A stretch of DNA of 64,000 bases. It comes from an uncultured Gammaproteobacteria bacterium (GTDB taxonomy: Bacteria > Pseudomonadota > Gammaproteobacteria > Xanthomonadales > Rhodanobacteraceae). The notes under the pieces are model-generated. The model ran no database searches. It was not told where the DNA came from and was given only the letters and a program-made list of their open reading frames with translations. Location of the stretch: positions 9,591-73,590 of the forward strand of contig CAVTVN010000020.1 of the NCBI GenBank assembly GCA_963738115.1, read 5' to 3'. The translations under genes were made by a program, and so were the position numbers. Below, piece by piece: positions 20,399 through 30,475 of this stretch; position 1 is the first letter of the stretch, and every line of letters starts with the position of its first letter.

Positions 20399-22507
20399 TC
20401 AGAACGCGATTCGCGCCGTAGCCAGCACCGTACTGCCGGAGAGCCGGTAGAACTGTGCATCGCCGAGTTCGCTCTCGGCTACCGGATCGCGCCGGTTGCT
20501 CAGGTTGTAGCCGTCGAGGCGCAGTTCCCAGCGATCGAAGCGATAGCCGAGGCCGGCGTCGACCGTGGTGTAGGAACCGGCCACGGCCGTGTTGCCCTTG
20601 TTCAAGTAGCGGCTGCCGACATAGTTCCAGACGATCGACGCGTTGAAGCCGGCAGCCGGCGTGTAGAGCAAGCCGAGCGCGCCGAGATTCTGCGGCGATA
20701 GTTCCAGGCGCTTGCCGGCCAGCTGCTGCAACGATCCATCCGGGCGCAGGCGCTCGTAGTCGCTGAAGCGCGCGTCGTGATACGCGTACGTTGCGCGGAT
20801 ACGGAAATCCTGCGTGAGGCGGTAGTCGCCTTCGATCTCGGCGCCCTTGAACGTCTCGCTGCCGGCATTGGCGAGGCCCGGCAGGCCGTCGATGTTTTCG
20901 GCGATGACCAGGTTGTCGAAATTCATGTGGAAGTAGGAAAGCTCGAAATCGAAGCGGCCATCGGCAAGGTGACCCTTGAGGCCCGCCTCCCAGCTGTCGG
21001 CGGACTCGGGCTTGAGAATGTCGCCTTCGGCTTCGGGGCCGAAGTCGATCGCGGCGGGCTTGTAGGTGTTGCGGTAGTCGGCGAATGCCGTGAGATGGTC
21101 CCCGCTTTCGCTCCACAGCATGTAACTCGCGCCGACCACGCCGGATGGTTTCGACTTCGTGCGCTCATCGCTGCTCGTGTCCGGCGGCGTGCCCGGGTCG
21201 GCGTGCTGATCGATCTCCGCGCCGGAGGTGTGTTCGTCGGTGTGATTGAAGCGCAGGCCGGCGACGATGTTCCAGCGCTCGGCCGGCTTCCAGTCGACCT
21301 GCGTATAGAGTCCCAGGAAATTGCGCCGGTCCTTCAGCTGCGTCGACTCGTCGATCTCGAGATCGTGCGAGTTCGGCGCATTCGAACCGTTCGGCAGCAC
21401 GCCGTACTCGAAGTTGTCGCTGTTCTGCTTGCCGTCGCCGTAGAGCCAGTCGAAGCCGGCCGTCCAGGTCACGTTGGCGTCCGGATGCATGGCGAAGTAG
21501 GTATCGAAGTACACATCGGTCAGTTCCACCTTCTGGCGGAAGCCGTCGGCATTGTGCGTTTCACCGTCGTCGGCGAAATCCTCGCGCAGGAAGCCGCGTG
21601 TATTGTGACTGTCGGAGTGGTCGATCGAGAACGTCGTGACCCAGTCGCCGAAACTCAGCGGATGGTCGAGCCCGGCGTTGAACTGGAAGCGGTTCGTGTC
21701 GGCGCGTGCATCGGTCGGATTGACGTTGGCGTCGAGCGGGAATCGCGACGTAAGGACGTCGCCTTCGCGCGGATGCGGACTGTACGGATCCTGGCGCAGG
21801 ACGGTCGCGTCGATGTCGAAATGCAGCTTGCCGATGTCGCTGTCGCCGGCGGCGCGATACAAAAGGTGACCGCGGTCGACGCCGGAGCGGTCCTGGCTGA
21901 ATTCCTGAGTCGACGCGTTCGCGCTGATGGATTGCCTGAACGAGCCGAGGTCGCCCAGGTTCGTGCTGATCGAGGCCATGCCGGTACTGCGAGTGCCAGC
22001 GGAGAACGACGCGGTCGACGGCGTTTCGCCGGCCGCATAGTGGATCACCTGGATCACGCCGACGAAGCTCGTGGCGCCGTACATGACCGGCGCGGCGCCA
22101 CGCAGCACTTCGATGCGCTCGACATTGGTCAGGTCGAGCGTCGTCAAGGCCGGGTTGAAAGCGCCACCAGCCGGAATGCCGTCGACGACAAGCAGGAATG
22201 CATCGAACTCGCGCAGACCCCACATGCCGGGCACCGAGCCCGCCGGACCGGCATCGCCACCCGGCGCGATATCGACGCCGGCGACGAGGCTGAGCGCCGT
22301 GCGCAGGTCGACGGCATTGCGCGCGCGCAGTTCATCGCCGCTGATCACGGTGATCATCGCCGGCGTCTGATCTACCGGCTCCGGCAGTTTCGATGTGGTG
22401 ACTTCGATCGTCGGCAGTATGTTCGCTTGGCTGTCGGCTCCCGCTGCCAAAGCACGGGCCGAGACGATCGCCACGGCGATCGCGGCAAAAGGAACGTGAA
22501 AGCGCAT
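20399..22507 (-). CDS. TonB-dependent outer membrane receptor (702 aa)
   Basis: Signal peptide, TIEVTT TonB box, plug motif VERIEVLRGAAPVMYG, KPESADSWEAG, C-terminal Phe. Confidence 0.95.
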   Translation of the reverse strand: MRFHVPFAAIAVAIVSARALAAGADSQANILPTIEVTTSKLPEPVDQTPAMITVISGDELRARNAVDLRTALSLVAGVDIAPGGDAGPAGSVPGMWGLREFDAFLLVVDGIPAGGAFNPALTTLDLTNVERIEVLRGAAPVMYGATSFVGVIQVIHYAAGETPSTASFSAGTRSTGMASISTNLGDLGSFRQSISANASTQEFSQDRSGVDRGHLLYRAAGDSDIGKLHFDIDATVLRQDPYSPHPREGDVLTSRFPLDANVNPTDARADTNRFQFNAGLDHPLSFGDWVTTFSIDHSDSHNTRGFLREDFADDGETHNADGFRQKVELTDVYFDTYFAMHPDANVTWTAGFDWLYGDGKQNSDNFEYGVLPNGSNAPNSHDLEIDESTQLKDRRNFLGLYTQVDWKPAERWNIVAGLRFNHTDEHTSGAEIDQHADPGTPPDTSSDERTKSKPSGVVGASYMLWSESGDHLTAFADYRNTYKPAAIDFGPEAEGDILKPESADSWEAGLKGHLADGRFDFELSYFHMNFDNLVIAENIDGLPGLANAGSETFKGAEIEGDYRLTQDFRIRATYAYHDARFSDYERLRPDGSLQQLAGKRLELSPQNLGALGLLYTPAAGFNASIVWNYVGSRYLNKGNTAVAGSYTTVDAGLGYRFDRWELRLDGYNLSNRRDPVAESELGDAQFYRLSGSTVLATARIAF

Positions 22508-22668
22508 TGCAGTCTCCCCGAGCCGACGGCTCGACCGGCGGCGACTGTAGTCCCAAGTCGCGCGCGCTCACATCGGTCTTGCGGCGAGGGAACCTGCGTC
22601 TGCAGGCCTAGGCGGCGCGAACCAAACGCGCGCCGCTACCGCTCCGATCTGGCTAGGGAATCAATATT

Positions 22669-24186
22669 TCACGGGCACGGACCCTGTGTTGCGGAATCAA
22701 CGCAAGTGACGTGGGCGCGGTGCGGATAGGCGCCACTGTAGTTGGCCAGCACGCCGGGTGTCACGTTGGCGTTGACGAAATCGATCGCGGCGAAGCCGAG
22801 CGCGGGCAAGCCGGGCAGCTTGAGGCCATTCAAAGACGTCAGGACGTGACCAAATTGAAGCGAACCGAAGTTGTCCGTTGTGAAGTCGAGTCGCATCCAA
22901 CCGGCCTTGAAGATGGAATCGTAGAACAAGTCGATCTCCGTAAGGCCGTTGATGACGAGATTGGATCCTAGCGAAGAGGACGGCGATCCGACTGTGAGTA
23001 GGCTCGTTGCGTAGCACAGAGCCGGCGGCAGTGGCGGCTGACCGCAAAAACCATTGAAGCACACACCGGACGTGGTCGTCAGTTCCTCGCGGCTCCAGAA
23101 CTGGTTGCCGACGGAACCACAGGACGTGCCGCCGAACGCACTACCAAAAAGCGCGTCGAACGGAGCGCGTGCCTGCACCGTTCCGGCCGCCATCAGCGCC
23201 GGATCGGTGTAGAAACGCTTGGTCGGCGCTGTCAGGACCCAGTCGGACCGCGCGCCGATACCCGGATCGACGACATATTCATTGGACATGCTGTCAGCCA
23301 TCAGCAACGCGCTGATTGCGTCCTCCGCTTTCGCATAGTCGGCCTGGACAAGCCGCGCGCCGTAGGCGAAGAAGGCGCTGAACGAACCGCTGGCATTCTT
23401 GCTGGCTGTATTCAGGTCCGGTGCGGCATCGCCTGGTCCAGTGTGTTGAATATCCTTGCTGAAGCCATCGATCGCTGTCGCATTGATCGTGTACATCAGT
23501 CCCTCGCCAACGTTGATGATCGACTCGGCGCCATACAAGCCGCCGCCCGGTGGCGCAAGGTCGGTTTGCGGATTCTGGCCCCAGTAGCCGCCGGGCGCGC
23601 TCCACGCCGCCTCCACCTGCGCGCAGCTGGCAGGCGCGCCGTTCGCGTCGTGCGTGATGGCATCCAGCGTACCGTGACTGGCGTTTGTCACCTCGCCCAT
23701 CTCGATCACCTCGGCGTAACCCTCGAGCGTGCGCGCGAGCGTCGCCGGTCCGCCGTCGGCGTTTGCGCCGGTGTAGGTCGCACTGGAAAAAATGGCGTGC
23801 GGCGGTCTGCCTCCCGGATCGATCGGCCGCAGGAAAGTCGGCACGACACAGCTGTTGTCGCCAGTCGCGACCGCTGCCGCACCACTGCCGTCGCCGCTGC
23901 TGTCGAAGATCGCGCCAACCCAGGTATCGAACGGCGAAAGATAGAGGTTGAACGAGCCGACGACACGCCCGTTGTAGCCTTCGTGGAAGCGAACCTTCAG
24001 CGCCTTGCCATGGTTCGTCGTGTTGACGATCGACAGCAGCGTGCCGAAGCCGGCGTTGACGGTGTAATACGGATAGATCAGCACCTGGCCCAGGCCGCGC
24101 GGATTGAGCGTGACCGCACCGGAAGACGCCGCACCGATCGCGGTGAAAACGCCGGCGAGCAATCGCAGTCCGAGCGCGCGCTTCAT
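22669..24186 (-). CDS. Secreted 'GQVLIYPYYTV' family protein, paralog B (505 aa)
   Basis: Signal peptide; LNPRGLGQVLIYPYYTV, KVRFHEGYNGR, FNLYLSPFD, DWVLTAPTKRFY. ATG 24186 overlaps the upstream TGA. Confidence 0.85.
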   Translation of the reverse strand: MKRALGLRLLAGVFTAIGAASSGAVTLNPRGLGQVLIYPYYTVNAGFGTLLSIVNTTNHGKALKVRFHEGYNGRVVGSFNLYLSPFDTWVGAIFDSSGDGSGAAAVATGDNSCVVPTFLRPIDPGGRPPHAIFSSATYTGANADGGPATLARTLEGYAEVIEMGEVTNASHGTLDAITHDANGAPASCAQVEAAWSAPGGYWGQNPQTDLAPPGGGLYGAESIINVGEGLMYTINATAIDGFSKDIQHTGPGDAAPDLNTASKNASGSFSAFFAYGARLVQADYAKAEDAISALLMADSMSNEYVVDPGIGARSDWVLTAPTKRFYTDPALMAAGTVQARAPFDALFGSAFGGTSCGSVGNQFWSREELTTTSGVCFNGFCGQPPLPPALCYATSLLTVGSPSSSLGSNLVINGLTEIDLFYDSIFKAGWMRLDFTTDNFGSLQFGHVLTSLNGLKLPGLPALGFAAIDFVNANVTPGVLANYSGAYPHRAHVTCVDSATQGPCP

Positions 24187-25709
24187 GGCGTGCCTCCGGG
24201 CGCGCACGCGGGTGGAGGATTGGCTCCGGCCATGCAGTTGACGGTCGATCGATGCGGATAAGCCCCGCTGTAATTCGCCAGCGTGCCGGGCGTCACGTTG
24301 CCATTGACGTAGTCGATCGCGGCGAAGCCGATCGCCGGCAGCCCGGTGAACGTGACGCTGTTCCGCGAGGTCAACGTATGGGCGGTCTGAAAGACCCCAT
24401 TACTGTTGTGGGTAAAGTCAAAGCGTGCGTGGCCGGCGGGAAAGACGCTGGGATCAGCAATTGCGTAGATACTCGGGTAGGGATACCCCTCGCGAACCAG
24501 CGCCGAGCCGAGCAGAGAGCTGCCAAGGAACGAAATCAGCGTCGTCGCGTAGCACACAGCAGCAGTCTGTGGAAACGGCTCGGCGAAATCGACGCCGGAT
24601 GTCGTCGTCAGCTCCTCTCGCGAAAAATACTGATAGGCAAGCGGAGAACACGCCGCGGCGGGCGCGGACACGTCTGTGCCGAAGACAATATCGAACGGCG
24701 CTCGCGCCGTCGATCCGGCGAGCGCAGGGTCGGTATAGAAGCGCTTGGTCGGGAATGTCACGATCCAGTCGGTCATCGCGTTCAGGCCCGGATCAACCAC
24801 GTATTCGTTGTACAGCGCGTCAACCATGAACAGCGCACTGATCGCATCTTCGGGACGATCGTATTTCGCCTCGACCATCGCCGAACCAACCGGCACGAAC
24901 GCACTGACGGTTCCGTCCACGGATGTGCTGGCTGAGCTCAGGTCCGGCGTCGCGCTGCTCGGCAGCGTGTGCTGGGCGGCGTTGCTGAATCCGTCGATCG
25001 CTTCTGCGTTGACGGTGTATAGCAACCCCTCGCCGACATTGATGATCGATTCGGCGCCGAACAGTCCGCCATCGGGAGGACCGATGTCGGTCGTCGCATC
25101 GGTGGTCCAGTAGCCGCCAGTCGTCCACGCCTTGATGAGCTGCGAACAGCTCGACGGCATGCCGCGGCTGCCGTGCGTGATGGCGTTCAGTGTCGAGTGT
25201 TCATCGTTGGTCACCGTACCCATTTCGATGATCTCGATGTAGCCCTCGCGAGTGCGCGTGATCGAGGTCGGGCCGCCGTCGGCATTGGTTCCGGTGTAGC
25301 CGGCGTCGAGGAACGCAGCGGCGCCCGCACCGCTTCCCGGCGCAGGTCCGAACGTCTTCGGAAACGCCGGCACCGTACAGCTATTGTCGTTGGTGGCAAT
25401 CGCCGCGCCGCCCGATGCGTCGGTGCTCGTGTCGAAAATCTGCGCGACCCAGGCATCGAAGGGCGACAGGTACAGGTTGAAAACGAGGACGTCACGCCCG
25501 TTGTAGCCTTCGTGAATTCGCACTTTCAGCGCCTTGCCCTCGTCGGTGGTGTTGACCAGCGAAAGCAGCGTGCCGAATCCGGCGTTGACCGTGTAGTACG
25601 GATAGACGAGCACCTGGCCGGTGCCGTGCGGGTTGAGCACGACGGCATGGGCGGACGGCAACATCGCGCCCAGGATGGCGCTGACGGCGATCATGACCTT
25701 TCTATGCAT
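24183..25709 (-). CDS. Secreted 'GQVLVYPYYTV' family protein, paralog A (508 aa)
   Basis: Strong RBS GGAGGAGG; signal peptide ending AHA; same motif series as paralog B. Confidence 0.88.
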   Translation of the reverse strand: MHRKVMIAVSAILGAMLPSAHAVVLNPHGTGQVLVYPYYTVNAGFGTLLSLVNTTDEGKALKVRIHEGYNGRDVLVFNLYLSPFDAWVAQIFDTSTDASGGAAIATNDNSCTVPAFPKTFGPAPGSGAGAAAFLDAGYTGTNADGGPTSITRTREGYIEIIEMGTVTNDEHSTLNAITHGSRGMPSSCSQLIKAWTTGGYWTTDATTDIGPPDGGLFGAESIINVGEGLLYTVNAEAIDGFSNAAQHTLPSSATPDLSSASTSVDGTVSAFVPVGSAMVEAKYDRPEDAISALFMVDALYNEYVVDPGLNAMTDWIVTFPTKRFYTDPALAGSTARAPFDIVFGTDVSAPAAACSPLAYQYFSREELTTTSGVDFAEPFPQTAAVCYATTLISFLGSSLLGSALVREGYPYPSIYAIADPSVFPAGHARFDFTHNSNGVFQTAHTLTSRNSVTFTGLPAIGFAAIDYVNGNVTPGTLANYSGAYPHRSTVNCMAGANPPPACAPGGTP

Positions 25710-25834
25710 GGACCTCCTCCCTAAGCCGTGCCGATCCCGCCGAAAAGCATATGCCGTCGCAGGCGTGGGCTGCCAGGCAGCTTTATCTATGCATTAAGTT
25801 AGAATGCCCGATCCAGCAATGAACGGTCCGCACG

Positions 25835-27541
25835 ATGCGTCTGTCCCGGTTCCATCTCGCCACGCTCAAGGAAGTTCCCGCCGACGCGGAGATCGCCAGC
25901 CACCGCCTGATGCTGCGCGCCGGCATGATGCGCAAGCTTGCCGCCGGCATCTACACGTGGCTGCCGCTCGGCCTGAAGGTGCTGAGGAAAGTCGAAGGCA
26001 TCGTGCGCGAGGAAATGGACCGGGCCGGCGCGCTCGAATGCCTCGCCTCGATGGTGCTGCCCGCCGAGTTGTGGCAGGAGTCCGGCCGCTACGCCAAGTA
26101 CGGGCCAGAGTTGCTGCGCCTGAAGGACCGCCACCAGCGCGATTTCGTGCTCGGACCCACACACGAGGAAGTGTTCACCGACCTCATCCGCCGCGACGTG
26201 CGCAGCTACCGCCAGCTGCCGCTGAACCTGTACCAGATCCAGATGAAATTCCGCGACGAGATCCGGCCGCGCTTCGGCGTGATGCGCGGACGCGAATTCC
26301 TGATGAAGGATGCATACAGTTTTCACCTGACCGACGCCGATCTGGAACGCGAGTACCAGAACATGCGCGAGACGTACAAGCGCATCTTCACGCGCCTCGG
26401 CGTCGACTTCCGCATCGTCAAGGCCGACAGCGGTGCGATCGGCGGCGACCGCAGCGAGGAGTTCCAGGTCCTCGCGCAATCCGGCGAGGACCAACTCGCC
26501 GTATCCGACACCTCCGACTACGCCGCGAACATCGAGGTCGCCGAAACCAGGCCGCAAGGGACGCGCCCTGCGGCAAAATCCACATTGCAAAAAGTATCCA
26601 CGCCGACGCAGAAAACCTGCGAAGACGTCGCCGCGCTGCTGAAGATCCCGCTCGACGCCACGCTGAAGCTGATCGTCGTCAAGGGCCGCGACGGCGGGCT
26701 GGTAGCCTTGGCACTGCGTGGCGACCACACGCTGAACGCGGTCAAGGCGGCCAAGCACCCGCGCGTCGCAGCGCCGATGACGCTGGCGAGCGACGCCGAG
26801 ATCCAGGCCGCGTTCGGATGCGAGCCGGGTTTCCTCGGCCCGGTCGGCGTCAGCGTGCCCGTCATTGCCGATTACGCCGCGGCGGTGCTGGCCGATTTCG
26901 TCTGCGGCGCAAACGAGGTTGGCTTCCACTCGACCGGGGCGAACTGGGGCCGTGACGCGGCCGAGCCCGAAAGCGCGGACCTGCGCAATGCGCTCGAGGG
27001 CGACCCGAGTCCTGACGGCCAGGGCCGACTCAGACTAGTGCGCGGCATCGAGGTCGGCCAGATTTTCCAGAATGGCCCCTTGTATACCAAGGCGCTCGGC
27101 GTGACCGTGCTCGACGAGGCCGGCAAGGAATTGACGCCGACCGCCGGCTGCTACGGCATCGGCGTCAGCCGTATCGTCGGTGCGGTCATCGAGCAGTGCC
27201 ACGACGATGCCGGCATCATCTGGCCCGAATCGGTGGCGCCGTGGCACGTGGCGATCTGCATCATCAACCCGAAGAACAATGCCGCGGTGGCCGAAGCCGC
27301 AGATTCACTGTATGCCGAACTGCGTGCGCTGGGAGTCGAAGCCGTGCTCGACGATCGCGGCCTGCGCCCGGGCCCGATGTTCGCGGACATCGAGCTGATC
27401 GGGATTCCGCATCGCGTGGTCGTTTCGGAACGCGGCCTCGCCGCAAGCACCTTCGAGTATCGCGGGCGCCGCGATGCCGAGGCGCAGCAGTTGAGTCACG
27501 CGGAGTTGATGATGAAGATAGGGCTGAGGGCTGAGGGCTGA
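25835..27541 (+). CDS. proS: Proline--tRNA ligase (with editing insertion)
   Basis: [63 protein letters not shown]. Confidence 0.98.
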   Translation: MRLSRFHLATLKEVPADAEIASHRLMLRAGMMRKLAAGIYTWLPLGLKVLRKVEGIVREEMDRAGALECLASMVLPAELWQESGRYAKYGPELLRLKDRHQRDFVLGPTHEEVFTDLIRRDVRSYRQLPLNLYQIQMKFRDEIRPRFGVMRGREFLMKDAYSFHLTDADLEREYQNMRETYKRIFTRLGVDFRIVKADSGAIGGDRSEEFQVLAQSGEDQLAVSDTSDYAANIEVAETRPQGTRPAAKSTLQKVSTPTQKTCEDVAALLKIPLDATLKLIVVKGRDGGLVALALRGDHTLNAVKAAKHPRVAAPMTLASDAEIQAAFGCEPGFLGPVGVSVPVIADYAAAVLADFVCGANEVGFHSTGANWGRDAAEPESADLRNALEGDPSPDGQGRLRLVRGIEVGQIFQNGPLYTKALGVTVLDEAGKELTPTAGCYGIGVSRIVGAVIEQCHDDAGIIWPESVAPWHVAICIINPKNNAAVAEAADSLYAELRALGVEAVLDDRGLRPGPMFADIELIGIPHRVVVSERGLAASTFEYRGRRDAEAQQLSHAELMMKIGLRAEG

Positions 27542-27616
27542 GGGCTGCAAAGAGAAAGCGTTGGGCTTGCGCGCTGTTGATCTTCAGCCCTCAGCCCTCA
27601 GCCCTGGCTCAGCCCT
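27520..27616. repeat. Inverted pair of 7-mer arrays (AGGGCTG)4 ... (CAGCCCT)3+1
   Basis: AGGGCTG x4 at 27520-27547; CAGCCCT at 27585, 27592, 27599 and 27610. The repeat units contain the stop codons of both convergent genes. Confidence 0.85.
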
Positions 27617-28499
27617 GCTCTTTCCTCACCAGCCCCTTGAGCTTGCCGAGCCACGAGGTGGGAGCCGGCACCTCAGCGGCCGCCAGCTTGTCGTCCTTGA
27701 CGACGAGCTTGGCAAAACGTCCGGTGATGCTGCGGTCGCGCTTGAGCTGCGCCAGTTCGGTCTCCTGCTGCTCGTTGATCTTGTTTTCCCAGCGCCGCTT
27801 GATCTGATCCTGCTGCACCTTGCTGCGCAGCTGCATGCGGTAGGCGTCCGACAGGGCTTCGTGCATGAGATCGTTCGGCTCGCGGGTCAGGAAGCGGCCG
27901 ATGTCGTCGAACAGCGCGTCATTGAGCTGCGTCGCCGCGACGGTCTTGGTAACCATGCCGAGCGATTCGAAATTCGTGAACGTCATCTTGACCGCTGCGC
28001 TTTCCACGTCGCCGAGGAACGTGGCCGTCATCGTGATGCGGCCTTTGGCATTGAAGCGCGCCGACACGACTTCGCCGCTGGCGTCCTTCTTCGGATCGAT
28101 GACTCCGCCGAGGTGGTAGCGCTGGAAAGCGCCGGCGACGGCCTTGATCTTGGTCGCGCCCTGCACTTCGATCGTCGGGCACTCGTCGCTGGCGACGGCG
28201 CACGGAAAGGCGAGTTTGATTTCCTTCGTGACGCTCTGCGTGGCGATGGCAAGGTCGTAGTCGTGTTCGACATAACCGACGACTTCGCCGTAGGAGGCCA
28301 GCGCATAACGCTGCTGCTTCTTCGGCGTGAGTATCTTCAGGCTGGCGGTAAGCTTCTTCAGATACTCGTACAGCGCCGTCATGCCCGGCTCGATCTGCGT
28401 GCGGAAGATTTCCTCACGCTCCGCCTTGCGCTTCTCGGCATCACCGGCGCTCGCCTTGCGCCGTTGTGCTTCCTGTTCGAGTTCGTCGAGCAATCCCAC
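27609..28499 (-). CDS. Hypothetical protein (296 aa)
   Basis: Long ORF with typical GC3-rich codons; charged helical termini flank an alpha/beta core; no family recognised. Confidence 0.85.
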   Translation of the reverse strand: MGLLDELEQEAQRRKASAGDAEKRKAEREEIFRTQIEPGMTALYEYLKKLTASLKILTPKKQQRYALASYGEVVGYVEHDYDLAIATQSVTKEIKLAFPCAVASDECPTIEVQGATKIKAVAGAFQRYHLGGVIDPKKDASGEVVSARFNAKGRITMTATFLGDVESAAVKMTFTNFESLGMVTKTVAATQLNDALFDDIGRFLTREPNDLMHEALSDAYRMQLRSKVQQDQIKRRWENKINEQQETELAQLKRDRSITGRFAKLVVKDDKLAAAEVPAPTSWLGKLKGLVRKEQG

Positions 28500-28622
28500 G
28501 ATCGTGAAACCCCTGTCTTTCTACGCCGGCGGCTCGCCGGAAAACATCGGCTAAAGTAGCCCCCCGCCGCGTCAGGCGCAAGGCTTGGCGACACCGTTAA
28601 GCCAGCGGCGAAGCGCAAGGAT

Positions 28623-29855
28623 TCACAGAATGCGGCGCGCAGACACGAACAGGTCGCCAAACAGCAAACCTGCAACCAGCGAAATCAGGATGGCAGCCAG
28701 CGTGATCGCGCTGTTGATTCCGAGAAATACGTCACGTTCGGCGATGTGCGACAGCGTCAGGAAGCCGATGCTGCCGGGCACCAGCAGGATGATGCCCGGC
28801 GTGCGCACCAGCGCACCCGGCCGGCCGCTGACGCGCGCGTAGAGATTGCTCAGGGCGCCAATGCCCAATCCGGCGAGGAACACGCCGAACTGGGGTGTGA
28901 ATTCGCGGCCGCCGTAATACGTGATCAGATAGCCCAACGCCGCTGCTGCCATCACCAGCGGAATGTCGCGGCGCGCGGCGCGGAACAGGATCGCGAACGA
29001 GTAGCAAGCAGCCGCAAGCGCCAGCCATTGCGCCCATTGCGGAATCGGTGCGCGCGTCAATGCGATAGGTGCCAGATGCAGCCAGAGGCAAATCTGATTG
29101 GCCATGACCGTGCCGAAAGCCAACTTCATCAACGTCGTTACCGCGCCGGCAAGCCGCGCCGTGCCCGAGACCAGGTGCTGCGTCGACAATTCGCGCACCG
29201 CGGTAGTCAGGGTCAGCCCCGGCATCAGCACGATCAGACTCGCCAGCACGACTGGATTGAGCGTCAGCGGCGTGACATAGACATCGACGAGCATCGCGAT
29301 CATCGTGGCCAGCAGTGCCGACAAGGCTTCCAGACCCGGCCGCAGGCGCGGCCGGTTTTCGCTCGCCACGACCAGCACCCCGACAACGGTGCCGATGAAG
29401 AATGCCGCGGCAAGGTCCACCCAGGCGCAATTGAGGATCGCCGCGACCGACGCCGCAGCGATGCCATAGGCGACGGTCTCCATGGTCGCGCGCTCCGCGC
29501 TCGGCTGGTCGCGAATCGCATGCAGCCGGCGGAAGCCTTCGTCGATGTCGATCTGGCCTTCGATTACCTGATCGGCGATCTCGTCCACTGCACCCAGGTT
29601 GCGTAGATCATCATGGCCCGGCGACACGCGAACGACCTGCGTCAGCTCGGCCAGCATGCCGCCCTCGCCCGCGGCGCGATCGGTAAACGAGAACAGCACC
29701 GATGTCGGCGTCGACAGCGATTGACAATCCAGGTGGAGGCGCGCGCTGACGCGATCGATCGCCTCCTCCAGGCGCGGCGCGCTGGTTCCGTACTGGTGCA
29801 GCCGCCGCGCCATCTCGACCACGAAAGCCATGCGCTTGCTGGCGGCCGCAGTCAT
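28623..29855 (-). CDS. Threonine/serine exporter (ThrE family)
   Basis: RRLHQYGTSAPRLE, IVLMPGLTLTTAVREL, PGIILLVPGS; about 10 TM segments. Confidence 0.92.
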   Translation of the reverse strand: MTAAASKRMAFVVEMARRLHQYGTSAPRLEEAIDRVSARLHLDCQSLSTPTSVLFSFTDRAAGEGGMLAELTQVVRVSPGHDDLRNLGAVDEIADQVIEGQIDIDEGFRRLHAIRDQPSAERATMETVAYGIAAASVAAILNCAWVDLAAAFFIGTVVGVLVVASENRPRLRPGLEALSALLATMIAMLVDVYVTPLTLNPVVLASLIVLMPGLTLTTAVRELSTQHLVSGTARLAGAVTTLMKLAFGTVMANQICLWLHLAPIALTRAPIPQWAQWLALAAACYSFAILFRAARRDIPLVMAAAALGYLITYYGGREFTPQFGVFLAGLGIGALSNLYARVSGRPGALVRTPGIILLVPGSIGFLTLSHIAERDVFLGINSAITLAAILISLVAGLLFGDLFVSARRIL

Positions 29856-30475
29856 GCTGCGGCGCTCGCTGCCGCGATGATGCGCCGGAACGTCAGATTG
29901 AGGCGCGGCGCCACCACACCTGTGCTCTTGGGCAGATCATGCTTGTAGTTGCGCTGCGTTGTCCCGGCCATCAGCAGAAGGCTCCCGGTTGGAAGGTCGA
30001 TCTCGAGGCGCAGGTCCGGGTTGCTCCGGTGGCGCAGGCGAAAGCGGCGGCTTGCACCGAAGCTCAGCGAGGCGATGCACGGTCGTGTGCCGAGTTCTGC
30101 TTCATCGTCACTGTGCCAGCCCATCGAATCGCGGCCGTCGCGGTAAAGGTTGCACAAGACCGAGTTGTAGCGCTCACCGCAGAATGCAACGAGACCGTCG
30201 CGCAATTCGCTGCACGCCTCTGTCCACGCGCGCGGCACGAAGCGAGTACCGGAATAGGTGTAGACGGCGTCGGCATCACCGATCCAGCACGACAGGCGCG
30301 GCGCCTCGACTTGCCGTCCGAACAGGCGCAGGTGGTGGCGCTCCCACGGAACCTCGCCATGCAGCCGCGTGAACCAGTGTTGCGCCGACATGGCGTCGCA
30401 GAATTGCGCCAAGCGCACATCGGCGCCGGGCAGATCGAAGCGCTGCCAGATTGCGGTTGCTTCCATTGCGCTCAC
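29852..30475 (-). CDS. AlkB-family 2OG-Fe(II) dioxygenase
   Basis: NSVLCNLYRDGRDSMGWHSDDE, IASLSFG, H...PRLNLTFR. GTG 30475 overlaps the amidase stop (ATG 30466 is an alternative). Confidence 0.93.
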   Translation of the reverse strand: MSAMEATAIWQRFDLPGADVRLAQFCDAMSAQHWFTRLHGEVPWERHHLRLFGRQVEAPRLSCWIGDADAVYTYSGTRFVPRAWTEACSELRDGLVAFCGERYNSVLCNLYRDGRDSMGWHSDDEAELGTRPCIASLSFGASRRFRLRHRSNPDLRLEIDLPTGSLLLMAGTTQRNYKHDLPKSTGVVAPRLNLTFRRIIAAASAAA

